DNA from: Pseudomonadota bacterium
GTDB taxonomy: Bacteria > Pseudomonadota > Alphaproteobacteria > Micavibrionales > UBA2020
DNA: 64,000 nucleotides
Reading direction: 5' to 3'
Assembly: GCA_023444705.1 (NCBI GenBank)
Contig: JAEXMB010000081.1
Coordinates: forward strand, 37-64,036
The notes beneath the pieces are model-generated. The model did no database searches. It was not told where the DNA came from and saw only the letters and a list, made by a program, of their open reading frames with translations. Below are positions 52,239-60,037 of the stretch, one piece after another. Position 1 is the stretch's first letter. Each line of letters opens with the position of its first letter. A program made the position numbers and the translations under genes.

Positions 52239-54505
52239 CAGGCGCTCTCCCGTTTAGGCGTGAAATAGGTGACTTCCGGCTCTTGCTTGTCGCTGTGCGG
52301 CGTGACGTTGCGCGCCAGGTAGTTGATCTTGCCGGCACGGATATCGACTACGCTGTCGGCCAGCGCCAGAATATCCTGCTGCTGGCTGACGATGACGATG
52401 GTGCGCTGGCCGCGCACGCGGTTGATAAAGCGTCTGAGCGTTTCACCCGCCTTGCCGGTGGTGACGCTGGCGGGCAGCTCGTCAATCAGCAAAACGGCCC
52501 CGCCGTGCAGATAGCCGCGCGCCAGCGACAGGCGTGCGGCAAGACTGTGGGGCAGTTTCTGCGGGTCAAGCTTTGCGTAAACGCCGCCGTCCATCGCCTT
52601 GACCTCGTCCATCGCATCGGCAAGGGTAAGGGCGTGGATGACCTCGGCCTCGCTGGCAAGGGGGCGTGCATAGCGCAGGTTTTCGATGATGCTGGCGCTG
52701 AAAAACTCTGCCTGCTGTCCGACATAGCCGATGTGGCGGCGCAGGTGCAGGGGGTCGAGCTGGCGCACGTCAAAACCGTCGATGCGCACCGCCCCGCCCT
52801 GCGTGCGGTACATGCCTTTGATGAGCTTGAGGATAGTGCTTTTGCCGCTGCCGTTGCGCCCCGTGATGCCGACGATCTCGCCGGTGCGGATATGAATGTC
52901 GGCATGACGCAGCACGGGCTGCGTGTCGGCATGGTATTGCATCGTCACGTTGGCAAAGATGATGTCGCCACGGATGTCGAGCAGGCGTGCCGCGCTCATC
53001 GCGCTTTCTTCTTCGGTCTCGATGTCGGTCAGGTCGTTGATCTGCGCCACGCTGTTGCGCAGCTGTTCGATACGCGTGACCATCGCGCATAGACTGTAAA
53101 ACGGCATCAGGACGCGCCAGACGAGCATCATGCTGGCGATCAGCGCGCCTGTGCCGATGGCGCCTTCCCATACCATATGTACGCCGTAACCTACCGTGGC
53201 AACCGCTGCCATCAGGGTAAGTGCATGGGCAAGGGTCTCCGCCACCGTGCTGAGCCAGGTCAGGTTCATGTTCATCATGATCTCGCGTCCCGCAAGATCG
53301 GCGTATTTGGCCTGCCAGACGGGGGAAAGGCCGTTGGCGTGGATGCCGGCCAGCTTGTCAAACGTTTCCAGCGTGAATTGCTGGCGTGCCGAGCTGGCCT
53401 TGGCGGCAAGACGGATCACAACCTTGGTCCGTTTATAGATGACGGCGAACAACACGCCAAAACAGCCAAGCATCATGACCGGCACAAAGGCCAGCGGTCC
53501 CGCGATCAGACCGATCAGTCCGACGGCCAGCACGACGTAGGGGATTTCAAGAAAGGACAGAAAGATTGCGCCACTGAACAAATCGCGGATCGATTCAAAC
53601 GTCTTGATGCGCGCGATCTGCGCTGCGACAGAAATTTTTTCGCCCGTATGCGGCGGCAGGCCCAGCAAATGGGCGAAAATCTGCGTGCCGACCAGCGTGT
53701 CAAGGCGTGCGGACAGCCATGATAACGCGCGTGAGCGCACGCCGCGCAACGCATACTCGGCACAAAGCGCGATGGCGACGCCGATGGTGATGGCAGGCAG
53801 GCTGGCCAGATGCGCGGGCGACACCACGCGGTCATAAACCGCCATCATGTAAAGCGGTGGCGCAAGGGCTGCGATATTCAGCACAAGGCCGATCAGCAAA
53901 ATATGACGCAGCGTCGGTGAAAAGCGCGACAGCAATGCGCGAAACCAGCTTTGGCCCGTACCCTGGCGGATAAAGCGTGACAAACGCTGGCGCTGGCGGT
54001 CATAGGGTTGGAAAAACCAGATGCGCGCGGGCAGGCGAAAGCGTCCGTCGGTGGCATCATGTTCGTTGATCTCGCCGCTGGCGGGATCGTAGATGACGAC
54101 CCGCGCGTCATGGCGGGCGATCAGCGTATAGGGCAGTGCGCCGGGATCGGCAGGCACGACAAGGCAAGGAGCAAGGCGGCCGTCGATCTCGCTGACGGGC
54201 AGATCAAGCGGACGTGAAAAATGACCGAGGTTTGCCATTGCGTTGAGAACGGCGGTTTCGTCAAGGTGACGGGCGGTGGGCGGCAGGGCCTCGAGCGTGT
54301 CGGTCACGCGGTTGTCGGTATTGAGTGTCAGCGCCAGCGCGCAAAAGCAGTTTTTCCACGCCTGCGCCATCGCTTCGGGTGCGTCTTCGGCCTGTGCGCT
54401 GTGATGCCACAGGTGGGTGTCGAGCAGGGTTGACAGGCGCGCGATGGTTTGCGCAAAGACGTTCATATCCTTATCGCTGTAAAGCTGTGGTGACGTGTGC
54501 GTCAT
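52238..54505 (-). CDS. T1SS ABC transporter with N-terminal C39-like domain; degenerate signature and H-loop
   Basis: The N-terminal ~170 aa resemble a C39/C39-like domain (NCFCALAL ... ARHDARVVIYDPASG). A 6-TM region follows, then Walker A GRNGSGKST and Walker B LLIDE. The signature position reads LPHSL instead of LSGGQ (52541-52555), and the H-loop reads VSQQQ. The start is taken at MTHTSPQ (ATGA overlap with the upstream gene). Confidence 0.9.
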   Translation of the reverse strand: MTHTSPQLYSDKDMNVFAQTIARLSTLLDTHLWHHSAQAEDAPEAMAQAWKNCFCALALTLNTDNRVTDTLEALPPTARHLDETAVLNAMANLGHFSRPLDLPVSEIDGRLAPCLVVPADPGALPYTLIARHDARVVIYDPASGEINEHDATDGRFRLPARIWFFQPYDRQRQRLSRFIRQGTGQSWFRALLSRFSPTLRHILLIGLVLNIAALAPPLYMMAVYDRVVSPAHLASLPAITIGVAIALCAEYALRGVRSRALSWLSARLDTLVGTQIFAHLLGLPPHTGEKISVAAQIARIKTFESIRDLFSGAIFLSFLEIPYVVLAVGLIGLIAGPLAFVPVMMLGCFGVLFAVIYKRTKVVIRLAAKASSARQQFTLETFDKLAGIHANGLSPVWQAKYADLAGREIMMNMNLTWLSTVAETLAHALTLMAAVATVGYGVHMVWEGAIGTGALIASMMLVWRVLMPFYSLCAMVTRIEQLRNSVAQINDLTDIETEEESAMSAARLLDIRGDIIFANVTMQYHADTQPVLRHADIHIRTGEIVGITGRNGSGKSTILKLIKGMYRTQGGAVRIDGFDVRQLDPLHLRRHIGYVGQQAEFFSASIIENLRYARPLASEAEVIHALTLADAMDEVKAMDGGVYAKLDPQKLPHSLAARLSLARGYLHGGAVLLIDELPASVTTGKAGETLRRFINRVRGQRTIVIVSQQQDILALADSVVDIRAGKINYLARNVTPHSDKQEPEVTYFTPKRESA

Positions 54506-56202
54506 AGGGTTTCTCCTGCGTCGGTGATATCGCCGCTCATGGCGCATTCGGTGATGCGCCCGCCCTGCAGGTGCAGGTGCCGCGTGGCCAGGGCCTGCAT
54601 CGCGGGTTCCTCGCTGACAATAATCATGCTGACGCGACCGCGCATGGCGTGCAGGTGATCGACCAGCAGCTTTTGCCCGTGACGGTCAAGCGACATATCG
54701 GCACCGTCCAGCAGCAAGACGCCCGGCGTGGCTGCAATGACGCGCGCCATCGCGATGCGCTGCTTGAGGCCCGGGGGGATCGTGTCGCTGATGTTTCCCT
54801 GCAGAAAAGTGTCAAAGCCAAGCGGCAGGCGCGCGATGTCCTTGTCGATGCCAAGCTGCGTGGCCGCGCGGCGGGCGTTGAGCGCATCGATGTCGCCAAA
54901 GCGGGTGATGTTATGGCGGATGGTGCCGCGAAAGATCACCGGTTCGGCATTGACATAGCCGATATGGCGCGCCAGTTGGGCCGGCGTGTAGCGGCGCAGC
55001 GGCTGGCCGTCGATGCGGATGTCGCCGCGCGTCGGGCTCAGTACGCCGGCCAGCAGGCGCAGCAACGTCGTCTTGCCGCTGCCGGTAGGGCCGCTGAGCC
55101 AGACGATGTCACCCGGTGAAATGACAAGCTGGTCGATGGTGAATAACGGCTTGTCAGCTCCTGCAGGTGCATAGGCCAGATTGGCAAGCGCAAGGTTGCC
55201 CCCGGGTTGTGCTGTGGCGCTTTCGCTCACGGCATGGGTGGATAGCCAGCGGCTGTCATGTCGCGCGGGTTCTTCGAGCAGGGTGTTGATTTTCTGGCGC
55301 GCAAGGCTTGCGTCCTGCTGCTTGATCAACAGCGTCAGCCCGCGTTGCACCATCTGCATCATGCGTCCTGACAGCAACAGCGTCGCGACAAGCGCGCCCG
55401 AGGTGATTTCATGACGCAGGGCCAGAAAGGCGCCTAGCATGATGGTGGCGACGACGATAACGTTGGATAATGTGGCGCAGGCGTTAAAGGCTTTGGCCGT
55501 GGCCTCCGCCGTGGTGAAGTTACGCCGTGCGCTGTGTTCTTCGAGCTGTTCGTACTTGCGCTGGAAGATTTTTTCAAGCGTCAGCGCCTTGAGCGTGTGG
55601 ATGGCGCCAAGGGTTTCAATCAGAAAATTATAACGCTTGTCATCCGCTGCATCGCGCTGCGCCAGCAGGCGGCGCAGGGTCTGCCCTTGGGCCAGTGACA
55701 GCAGTGCCATCGCCATCAGTCCCGTCGCGGGTACAATGGCCAGCGGCCCTGCGATATAGATCACAAAAGCCAAAAAGACGGGAATGAAGGCAAGGTCGAT
55801 CAGCGTCACCGGCAGATAGCCGTTGTTGAAATCGCGCAACTTGCCGATGGCCGACATCTGGTGCAGGTATTCGCCCGCGCCGCGCTTGAGCATGTCGGGC
55901 AGGTCTGCCGCCAGCACATGGTCAAGTGCATGGCAGGACATGCGGTATTCGTAAACCGCACCGTACCAGCCCAGCAGCCAGGCGCGCATCAGGCGCAAGG
56001 CCGCCTCGAGCGCGACGGCCACCGCCACCCCCGCGATCAGCAGGGGCAATGTGCCTGATCCCGGATTGGGCAGGATACGGTCATAGATTTGCAAGGTCAT
56101 CACGGGCAGGGCCAGCGCCAGAATATTGATGGCGATACTGGCCGTGACCAGTTGCAACAGCGAAATGTCGGCACGCAGCAGGGGGGCGTGTGCTTTGCTC
56201 AT
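54502..56202 (-). CDS. Second T1SS-type ABC transporter (no N-terminal accessory domain); catalytic motifs degenerate
   Basis: The TMD carries IYDRILP. Walker A is GPTGSGKTT. The Q-loop position reads YVNAEP and the signature position IPPGL (54766-54780). Walker B is LLLDGA, so the catalytic Glu is replaced by Gly (54703-54705). The H-loop reads VSEEP. Confidence 0.9.
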   Translation of the reverse strand: MSKAHAPLLRADISLLQLVTASIAINILALALPVMTLQIYDRILPNPGSGTLPLLIAGVAVAVALEAALRLMRAWLLGWYGAVYEYRMSCHALDHVLAADLPDMLKRGAGEYLHQMSAIGKLRDFNNGYLPVTLIDLAFIPVFLAFVIYIAGPLAIVPATGLMAMALLSLAQGQTLRRLLAQRDAADDKRYNFLIETLGAIHTLKALTLEKIFQRKYEQLEEHSARRNFTTAEATAKAFNACATLSNVIVVATIMLGAFLALRHEITSGALVATLLLSGRMMQMVQRGLTLLIKQQDASLARQKINTLLEEPARHDSRWLSTHAVSESATAQPGGNLALANLAYAPAGADKPLFTIDQLVISPGDIVWLSGPTGSGKTTLLRLLAGVLSPTRGDIRIDGQPLRRYTPAQLARHIGYVNAEPVIFRGTIRHNITRFGDIDALNARRAATQLGIDKDIARLPLGFDTFLQGNISDTIPPGLKQRIAMARVIAATPGVLLLDGADMSLDRHGQKLLVDHLHAMRGRVSMIIVSEEPAMQALATRHLHLQGGRITECAMSGDITDAGETL

Positions 56203-58340
56203 CCAAACAATCCTCCCAGCAGGCCACCGGATTTGCCGCCGCCAAGACCGCCAAGGCCGCCGAGCAGGCCGCCCCCGTCACCGCCATGACTGCCGCCGCC
56301 AAGGTCGAGCAGGCCGATACCCTCGACAATCGAGCCCACGGGCGCCAGTACGCCGCCGTCACCGCCGCTGCCACCGCCAAGCACGCTGTCGATCAGTGTA
56401 TCGCCAAGGTCTGATACGGGGGTTGCAGGCCAGGCACCGCCATCGCCGCCAAGGCCGCCTGCCAGCCCGCCAGTCAGTCCATCCAGCAGGCCGTCGGTCA
56501 CTCTACCCAGCGTGTCGCCAAGCGGGCTGTCGCCGCCAACGCTGACAAGGTCGGATAACGTGCCTGCCAGCGCACCGGGATTGCCAAGCGCGTCAAGGGC
56601 TGCCGTCACGTCGATATCAAGGTCGCCGGTAATGGCTTCGACGATATCAAGCGGCACATGGATATCGTCGATGATGCCAAGGCTGACCGTCAGGTCGGTA
56701 TCGCAGCCTTCGGCGGGCGGGGGGAGAATACCGCCGCTCAGGCCATCCAGCAGATCGCCGGCGACAGGTATATCACCAAGACCCGCCGTAACAGTGTCGA
56801 CCACGCCATCAAGGCCGCCGCCGGCCAGATCACCGATCACGTCACTCACGATGTCGGGCAGGGCGGTGACGACCTCGTGAATTTCACCTGCGGGATCCTG
56901 CAAAATAGCCTCGACCGTGGTGGGGATGGTGACGTCGATGTCGGGCAAGGCTCCGCCCAGTAACTCGCCACCCAGCGATACGGTCGTATCGGCTCCTTGC
57001 AGGATGCCGTCTATGCCGGCATTGACGTCGATATCGCCCACGATTTGTTCCACCACATCAAGGCCAACATGCAGCGTGTCGTTCAGCACAGGCACATCGG
57101 CGATGCCAAGGTCCACCAGAAGGTCGGTATCGCCGCTGGCGGGCGGGGACAGCAGGCCGTCGGTCAGTCCGGATGTCAGCGTTTCAATGGTATCGGGCAG
57201 GCCCATCACGACATCTGTCAGGCTGCCGGCGGGATCGTGCAGAAGGCTTTCTACCGTGACGGGCAGCGACAGGGTGATGTCAGGCAGGGCAGTGCCCAGC
57301 AGCTCCCCGCCCAGCGATACGGTCGTATCCGTTCCCTGCAGGATACCGTCGATGCCGACATTCACGTCGATATCACCCACGATCTGCTCGACCAGATCCA
57401 ATCCCACATGCAGCGTATCGTTGAGCAACGGCAGGTCGGCGATGCCAAGATCGACGATGATGTCAGTGTCCGATCCGGTGGGCGGGGGTTCAAGAAGAGG
57501 GGTGAGGATATTGGTGACCGTCGTCGTGATGGTGGTAATGATGTCGGGCAGGATGGTGGTGATGTTTTCGGTGATGTTCTCGACGGTTTGGGTAATGTTG
57601 GTGACGATGTTCGTCACCTCGGTCAGCTCGATAACCGGACCGATGGTGATCGGGCCGATGATGTCGATATCGACCAGCGTCGTGCCGCCGCAGCAATGAT
57701 CGCCACCGCCGTTGCTGCCGTTTGCGCCATCCGTTCCGTTGGTGCCATTCGTGCCGTTGGTGCCGTTTTGCCCTGCAGGGCCTGCGGGGCCGGGCGTGCC
57801 GTTGGTGCCGTTGCTGCCCGATGCCGCATCAATCGTTGCGGGTGCCGGCAGCACGTCCGAGCTGATGAAGCCGCCGCCGGCGTTTTGTGCGGTCGTGGCG
57901 GGCATGAATTGCGCGGCTGCCGCGCTGTGGCTGTGTACGCTGCCACCGCTGCTGGCTTCGGTGACCGTCATGCCTGCGGGGGTGCTGTGACCTGCCGCAA
58001 CACTGCCCGCAACGCCGCTATATCCCGCCGCGATGCCTGCGGCAAGACTGCCAAGCGTCATGTCCTGGCTATAGGCGCTGTCGCCTGCGCTGGCATCGGC
58101 GAGCAGGTCGTTTTGCTGCGCCTGCAGGATTGCGTGATTGAGGTTGCCCGATCCGGCAATGCCTTCGCTGTTGTCGCCGATTTCCGTGGCGGTGTAGTAA
58201 TCGGCATCAAGTTTTTGTGCCACTGTGCTGCTGACGAAGGCATCGGGCAGGGGGGCTGTGCGTGTATCGCCGCCCACGGCAGGCTGCACGAGGTTGGTGT
58301 TTGGCGTGGCGGTGCCACCGGTGATGTCCAGCAAGGCCAT
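56199..58340 (-). CDS. Putative T1SS cargo: 713-aa highly acidic Gly/Thr/Asp/Leu-rich repeat protein with a collagen-like segment
   Basis: The start is taken at MALLDITGG (ATG 58340-58338), with the RBS AAGGGGGA 8 nt upstream. The stop overlaps the ABC start (ATGA). By my count there are only 2 Lys and 2 Arg. Segments are listed as separate repeat features. Confidence 0.8.
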   Translation of the reverse strand: MALLDITGGTATPNTNLVQPAVGGDTRTAPLPDAFVSSTVAQKLDADYYTATEIGDNSEGIAGSGNLNHAILQAQQNDLLADASAGDSAYSQDMTLGSLAAGIAAGYSGVAGSVAAGHSTPAGMTVTEASSGGSVHSHSAAAAQFMPATTAQNAGGGFISSDVLPAPATIDAASGSNGTNGTPGPAGPAGQNGTNGTNGTNGTDGANGSNGGGDHCCGGTTLVDIDIIGPITIGPVIELTEVTNIVTNITQTVENITENITTILPDIITTITTTVTNILTPLLEPPPTGSDTDIIVDLGIADLPLLNDTLHVGLDLVEQIVGDIDVNVGIDGILQGTDTTVSLGGELLGTALPDITLSLPVTVESLLHDPAGSLTDVVMGLPDTIETLTSGLTDGLLSPPASGDTDLLVDLGIADVPVLNDTLHVGLDVVEQIVGDIDVNAGIDGILQGADTTVSLGGELLGGALPDIDVTIPTTVEAILQDPAGEIHEVVTALPDIVSDVIGDLAGGGLDGVVDTVTAGLGDIPVAGDLLDGLSGGILPPPAEGCDTDLTVSLGIIDDIHVPLDIVEAITGDLDIDVTAALDALGNPGALAGTLSDLVSVGGDSPLGDTLGRVTDGLLDGLTGGLAGGLGGDGGAWPATPVSDLGDTLIDSVLGGGSGGDGGVLAPVGSIVEGIGLLDLGGGSHGGDGGGLLGGLGGLGGGKSGGLLGGLFG
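56574..57470 (-). repeat. Two and a half tandem coding repeats (~113-143 aa units) inside the cargo gene
   Basis: Unit 1 (57132-57470) reads DTDIIVDLGIADLPLLNDTLHVGLDLVEQIVGDIDVNVGIDGILQGTDTTVSLGGELLG... Unit 2 (56703-57131) reads DTDLLVDLGIADVPVLNDTLHVGLDVVEQIVGDIDVNAGIDGILQGADTTVSLGGELLG... The partial unit 3 (56574-56702) reads DTDLTVSLGIIDDIHVPLDIVEAITGDLDIDV. Each unit is preceded by PPP/PPA-x-G. Confidence 0.85.
57702..57818 (-). repeat. Collagen-like Gly-X-Y run (about 12-13 triplets) inside the cargo gene
   Basis: GSN GTN GTP GPA GPA GQN GTN GTN GTN GTD GAN GSN GGG. It also creates several N-G-T/S sequons. Confidence 0.85.
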
Positions 58341-58557
58341 GATGCGATCCCCCTTTGTTTTTGCGGTGCGCAAAGTCCGGCGTGGTGCCGTTGTCTCTTT
58401 GCGTCCACTCTTTCAGGATGCAACTTTTGGTTTAATTAGGGATGAAATATGCCAAAACCTTTATGGAACGTGGTTCACAAAAATCTGCATATTTAAAGTG
58501 ATTTCAGCCAAATCCACAAAAAAACGTATACACTTTAGGGTTGTATTTTGATATGGT

Positions 58558-58583
58558 GGCGCATTCCGGCATATGCGCCGGAA
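58558..58583. promoter_or_regulatory. Two interleaved inverted repeats in the cargo-operon / tolC divergent control region
   Basis: The repeats are GGCGCAT(58558-58564)...ATGCGCC(58573-58579) and TTCCGGC(58564-58570)-N6-GCCGGAA(58577-58583). They lie 33-58 nt upstream of the TolC-like ATG. This may be an operator or a leader hairpin; the function is unproven. Confidence 0.3.
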
Positions 58584-58615
58584 GCGTCTGTCCGCTGTAT
58601 ATAGGAGAGAATCGC

Positions 58616-60031
58616 ATGATGTTGCCGTTACTTTTTACCCGCCGCTCTGGCGTTTTTTTTATCGTTGTCGCTGTGCTGCTGCCCGTCGTGGCGGCAGCGC
58701 AGCAATCCTCCCCGCCGCAACCGCGCACCGTCGATTTGGCGCACATCGCGGCGGCGGCATACCAGCATAGTCCGGCCATCCGCGCGGCGCGCCAGCAATT
58801 GCGCGGCGTGCAGGAGCTTTATCCGCAGGCACTGGCGAATTACCAGCCCGACATCAATGCGACCGCGGGCATCACCGACGAAGATCTGGATAACAGCAAC
58901 TTCGCCGGTGCCGATGGTGCCACGACCAAGGATGTCGGCGTGACGTTTGACCAGCCGGTCTGGCGCGGCGGGCGCAGCCGCGCGCAAAAGAACGAGGCCA
59001 AGGCGCGCATCGCCGCACAAAAGGCATCGCTGGCCGCAACCGAACAACGCATGATGGCCGACGCGATGACGGCGGCAGTGGCGGCCGAGGCCGCGACGCG
59101 CACGCTGTCCGTGCAGAATAATACCGAAGGCCTGTATCAACGCCTGCTTGGCGATACCGTCAAACGGCAGGAAGGTGGCGAGGCGACGCAAACCGATCGC
59201 GCGCTGGCGCAAAGCCGCCTGTCGGGCGTCACGGCCGACCGCCTGCAGGCCGCCAATCGCCGCAGCGCCGCTGGCCGCGCGCTGGAGCGCCAGACCGGGC
59301 AAACCCCCGCACAATGGGGGTTGGATGATGCTGTGCCCACGTTGACGCTACAGGGCATGCCCGCAACGCTGGAAGCCGCGCAATCGCTGGCGCGCGCCGC
59401 CAATCCTGACCGTGCCGTGCTGGTGGCGGTGCAGGACGCGGAAAACCACGGCATCGAGCTTGCCCGCGGTGAGTTGTTGCCGGAGCTGAACTTCCGCGCC
59501 AGCTGGCTGCGTGAATGGGACCCGTCGCCCGGCCTGATCGACGATGCCACCAGCCGGCAGGTTGGGTTGCGCCTGAGCATTCCGTTATATGAGGGCGGGG
59601 GCACGCGGTCGCGCGTACGTGCGGCTAAAAACCGCATGGCACAAAGCCGCTATGAGCTTGAAGATTTCGACCTCAAGCTCGCGCAGGACGTCGGCGATGC
59701 GTGGACGCGTCATGAAACCGCGCAGGAACGCGCGCGTGTACTGGCCGAGCAAAGCCGCAGTGCGCGCGTTGCACGCGACAATATCGAGCGCGAAATCCTG
59801 GGGGGAGAAAAAACCATGACCGATCTGCTGCAGGCCGACCAGACATGGCTGGATGCGCAGGTCGATGCCATTGCAGCGCAAGAAGCGGCGCAGAACAGCA
59901 TGATCGAGGTATTGCGCCTGACCGGCATGCTCACGCCGCAAAACCTTGGCTTTGGCGCTGCGGCTTACGATCCTGATGCTTATCTGCTGGCGGTGCGTCA
60001 CCGCGTTCTCAGCACTGCGGTGCCGGATTAG
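58616..60031 (+). CDS. TolC-family outer-membrane channel
   Basis: The start MMLPLLF follows the RBS AGGAGA. It has a signal peptide (...VVAAAQQ) and two OEP repeats with typical motifs (AYQHSPAIRAARQQL..., YPQ..., QPVW.GGR, IPLYEGG). Length is about 471 aa. Confidence 0.88.
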   Translation: MMLPLLFTRRSGVFFIVVAVLLPVVAAAQQSSPPQPRTVDLAHIAAAAYQHSPAIRAARQQLRGVQELYPQALANYQPDINATAGITDEDLDNSNFAGADGATTKDVGVTFDQPVWRGGRSRAQKNEAKARIAAQKASLAATEQRMMADAMTAAVAAEAATRTLSVQNNTEGLYQRLLGDTVKRQEGGEATQTDRALAQSRLSGVTADRLQAANRRSAAGRALERQTGQTPAQWGLDDAVPTLTLQGMPATLEAAQSLARAANPDRAVLVAVQDAENHGIELARGELLPELNFRASWLREWDPSPGLIDDATSRQVGLRLSIPLYEGGGTRSRVRAAKNRMAQSRYELEDFDLKLAQDVGDAWTRHETAQERARVLAEQSRSARVARDNIEREILGGEKTMTDLLQADQTWLDAQVDAIAAQEAAQNSMIEVLRLTGMLTPQNLGFGAAAYDPDAYLLAVRHRVLSTAVPD

Positions 60032-60037
60032 GGGGCG

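Noticed and set aside
56574-57470. Periodic ~340-430-bp DNA repeats, considered as a CRISPR array, satellite or mobile-element remnant
   Set aside because: The repeats are in frame within one long ORF and translate into conserved protein repeats. There are no short direct repeats with unique spacers, and no cas or transposase genes.
56199-58340. Calling the cargo an RTX toxin or haemolysin
   Set aside because: No canonical GGxGxDxUx nonapeptide array is present, only three degenerate GGxGGDGG motifs. There is no acyltransferase (hlyC-like) gene and no pore-forming hydrophobic domain visible.
56997-58439. 480-aa ORF on the + strand inside the cargo gene, plus similar long antisense ORFs at 38489..39982, 43113..44096, 47859..48899, 49508..50746 and 60227..61048
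   Set aside because: Each lies opposite a gene with clear family motifs (MFP, OMF, lyase/glk, GH13, sigma54 EBP) or opposite the repeat-structured cargo gene, which is translationally coupled to the ABC genes. They are GC-rich shadow frames.
58439-58454. Minus-strand TGGCAT-ATTTC-ATCC upstream of the cargo gene as a sigma54 promoter
   Set aside because: The -24-like GG is present, but the -12 position reads ATCC with no GC. The + strand candidate at 58557..58571 has the wrong spacing. Neither is good enough to annotate.
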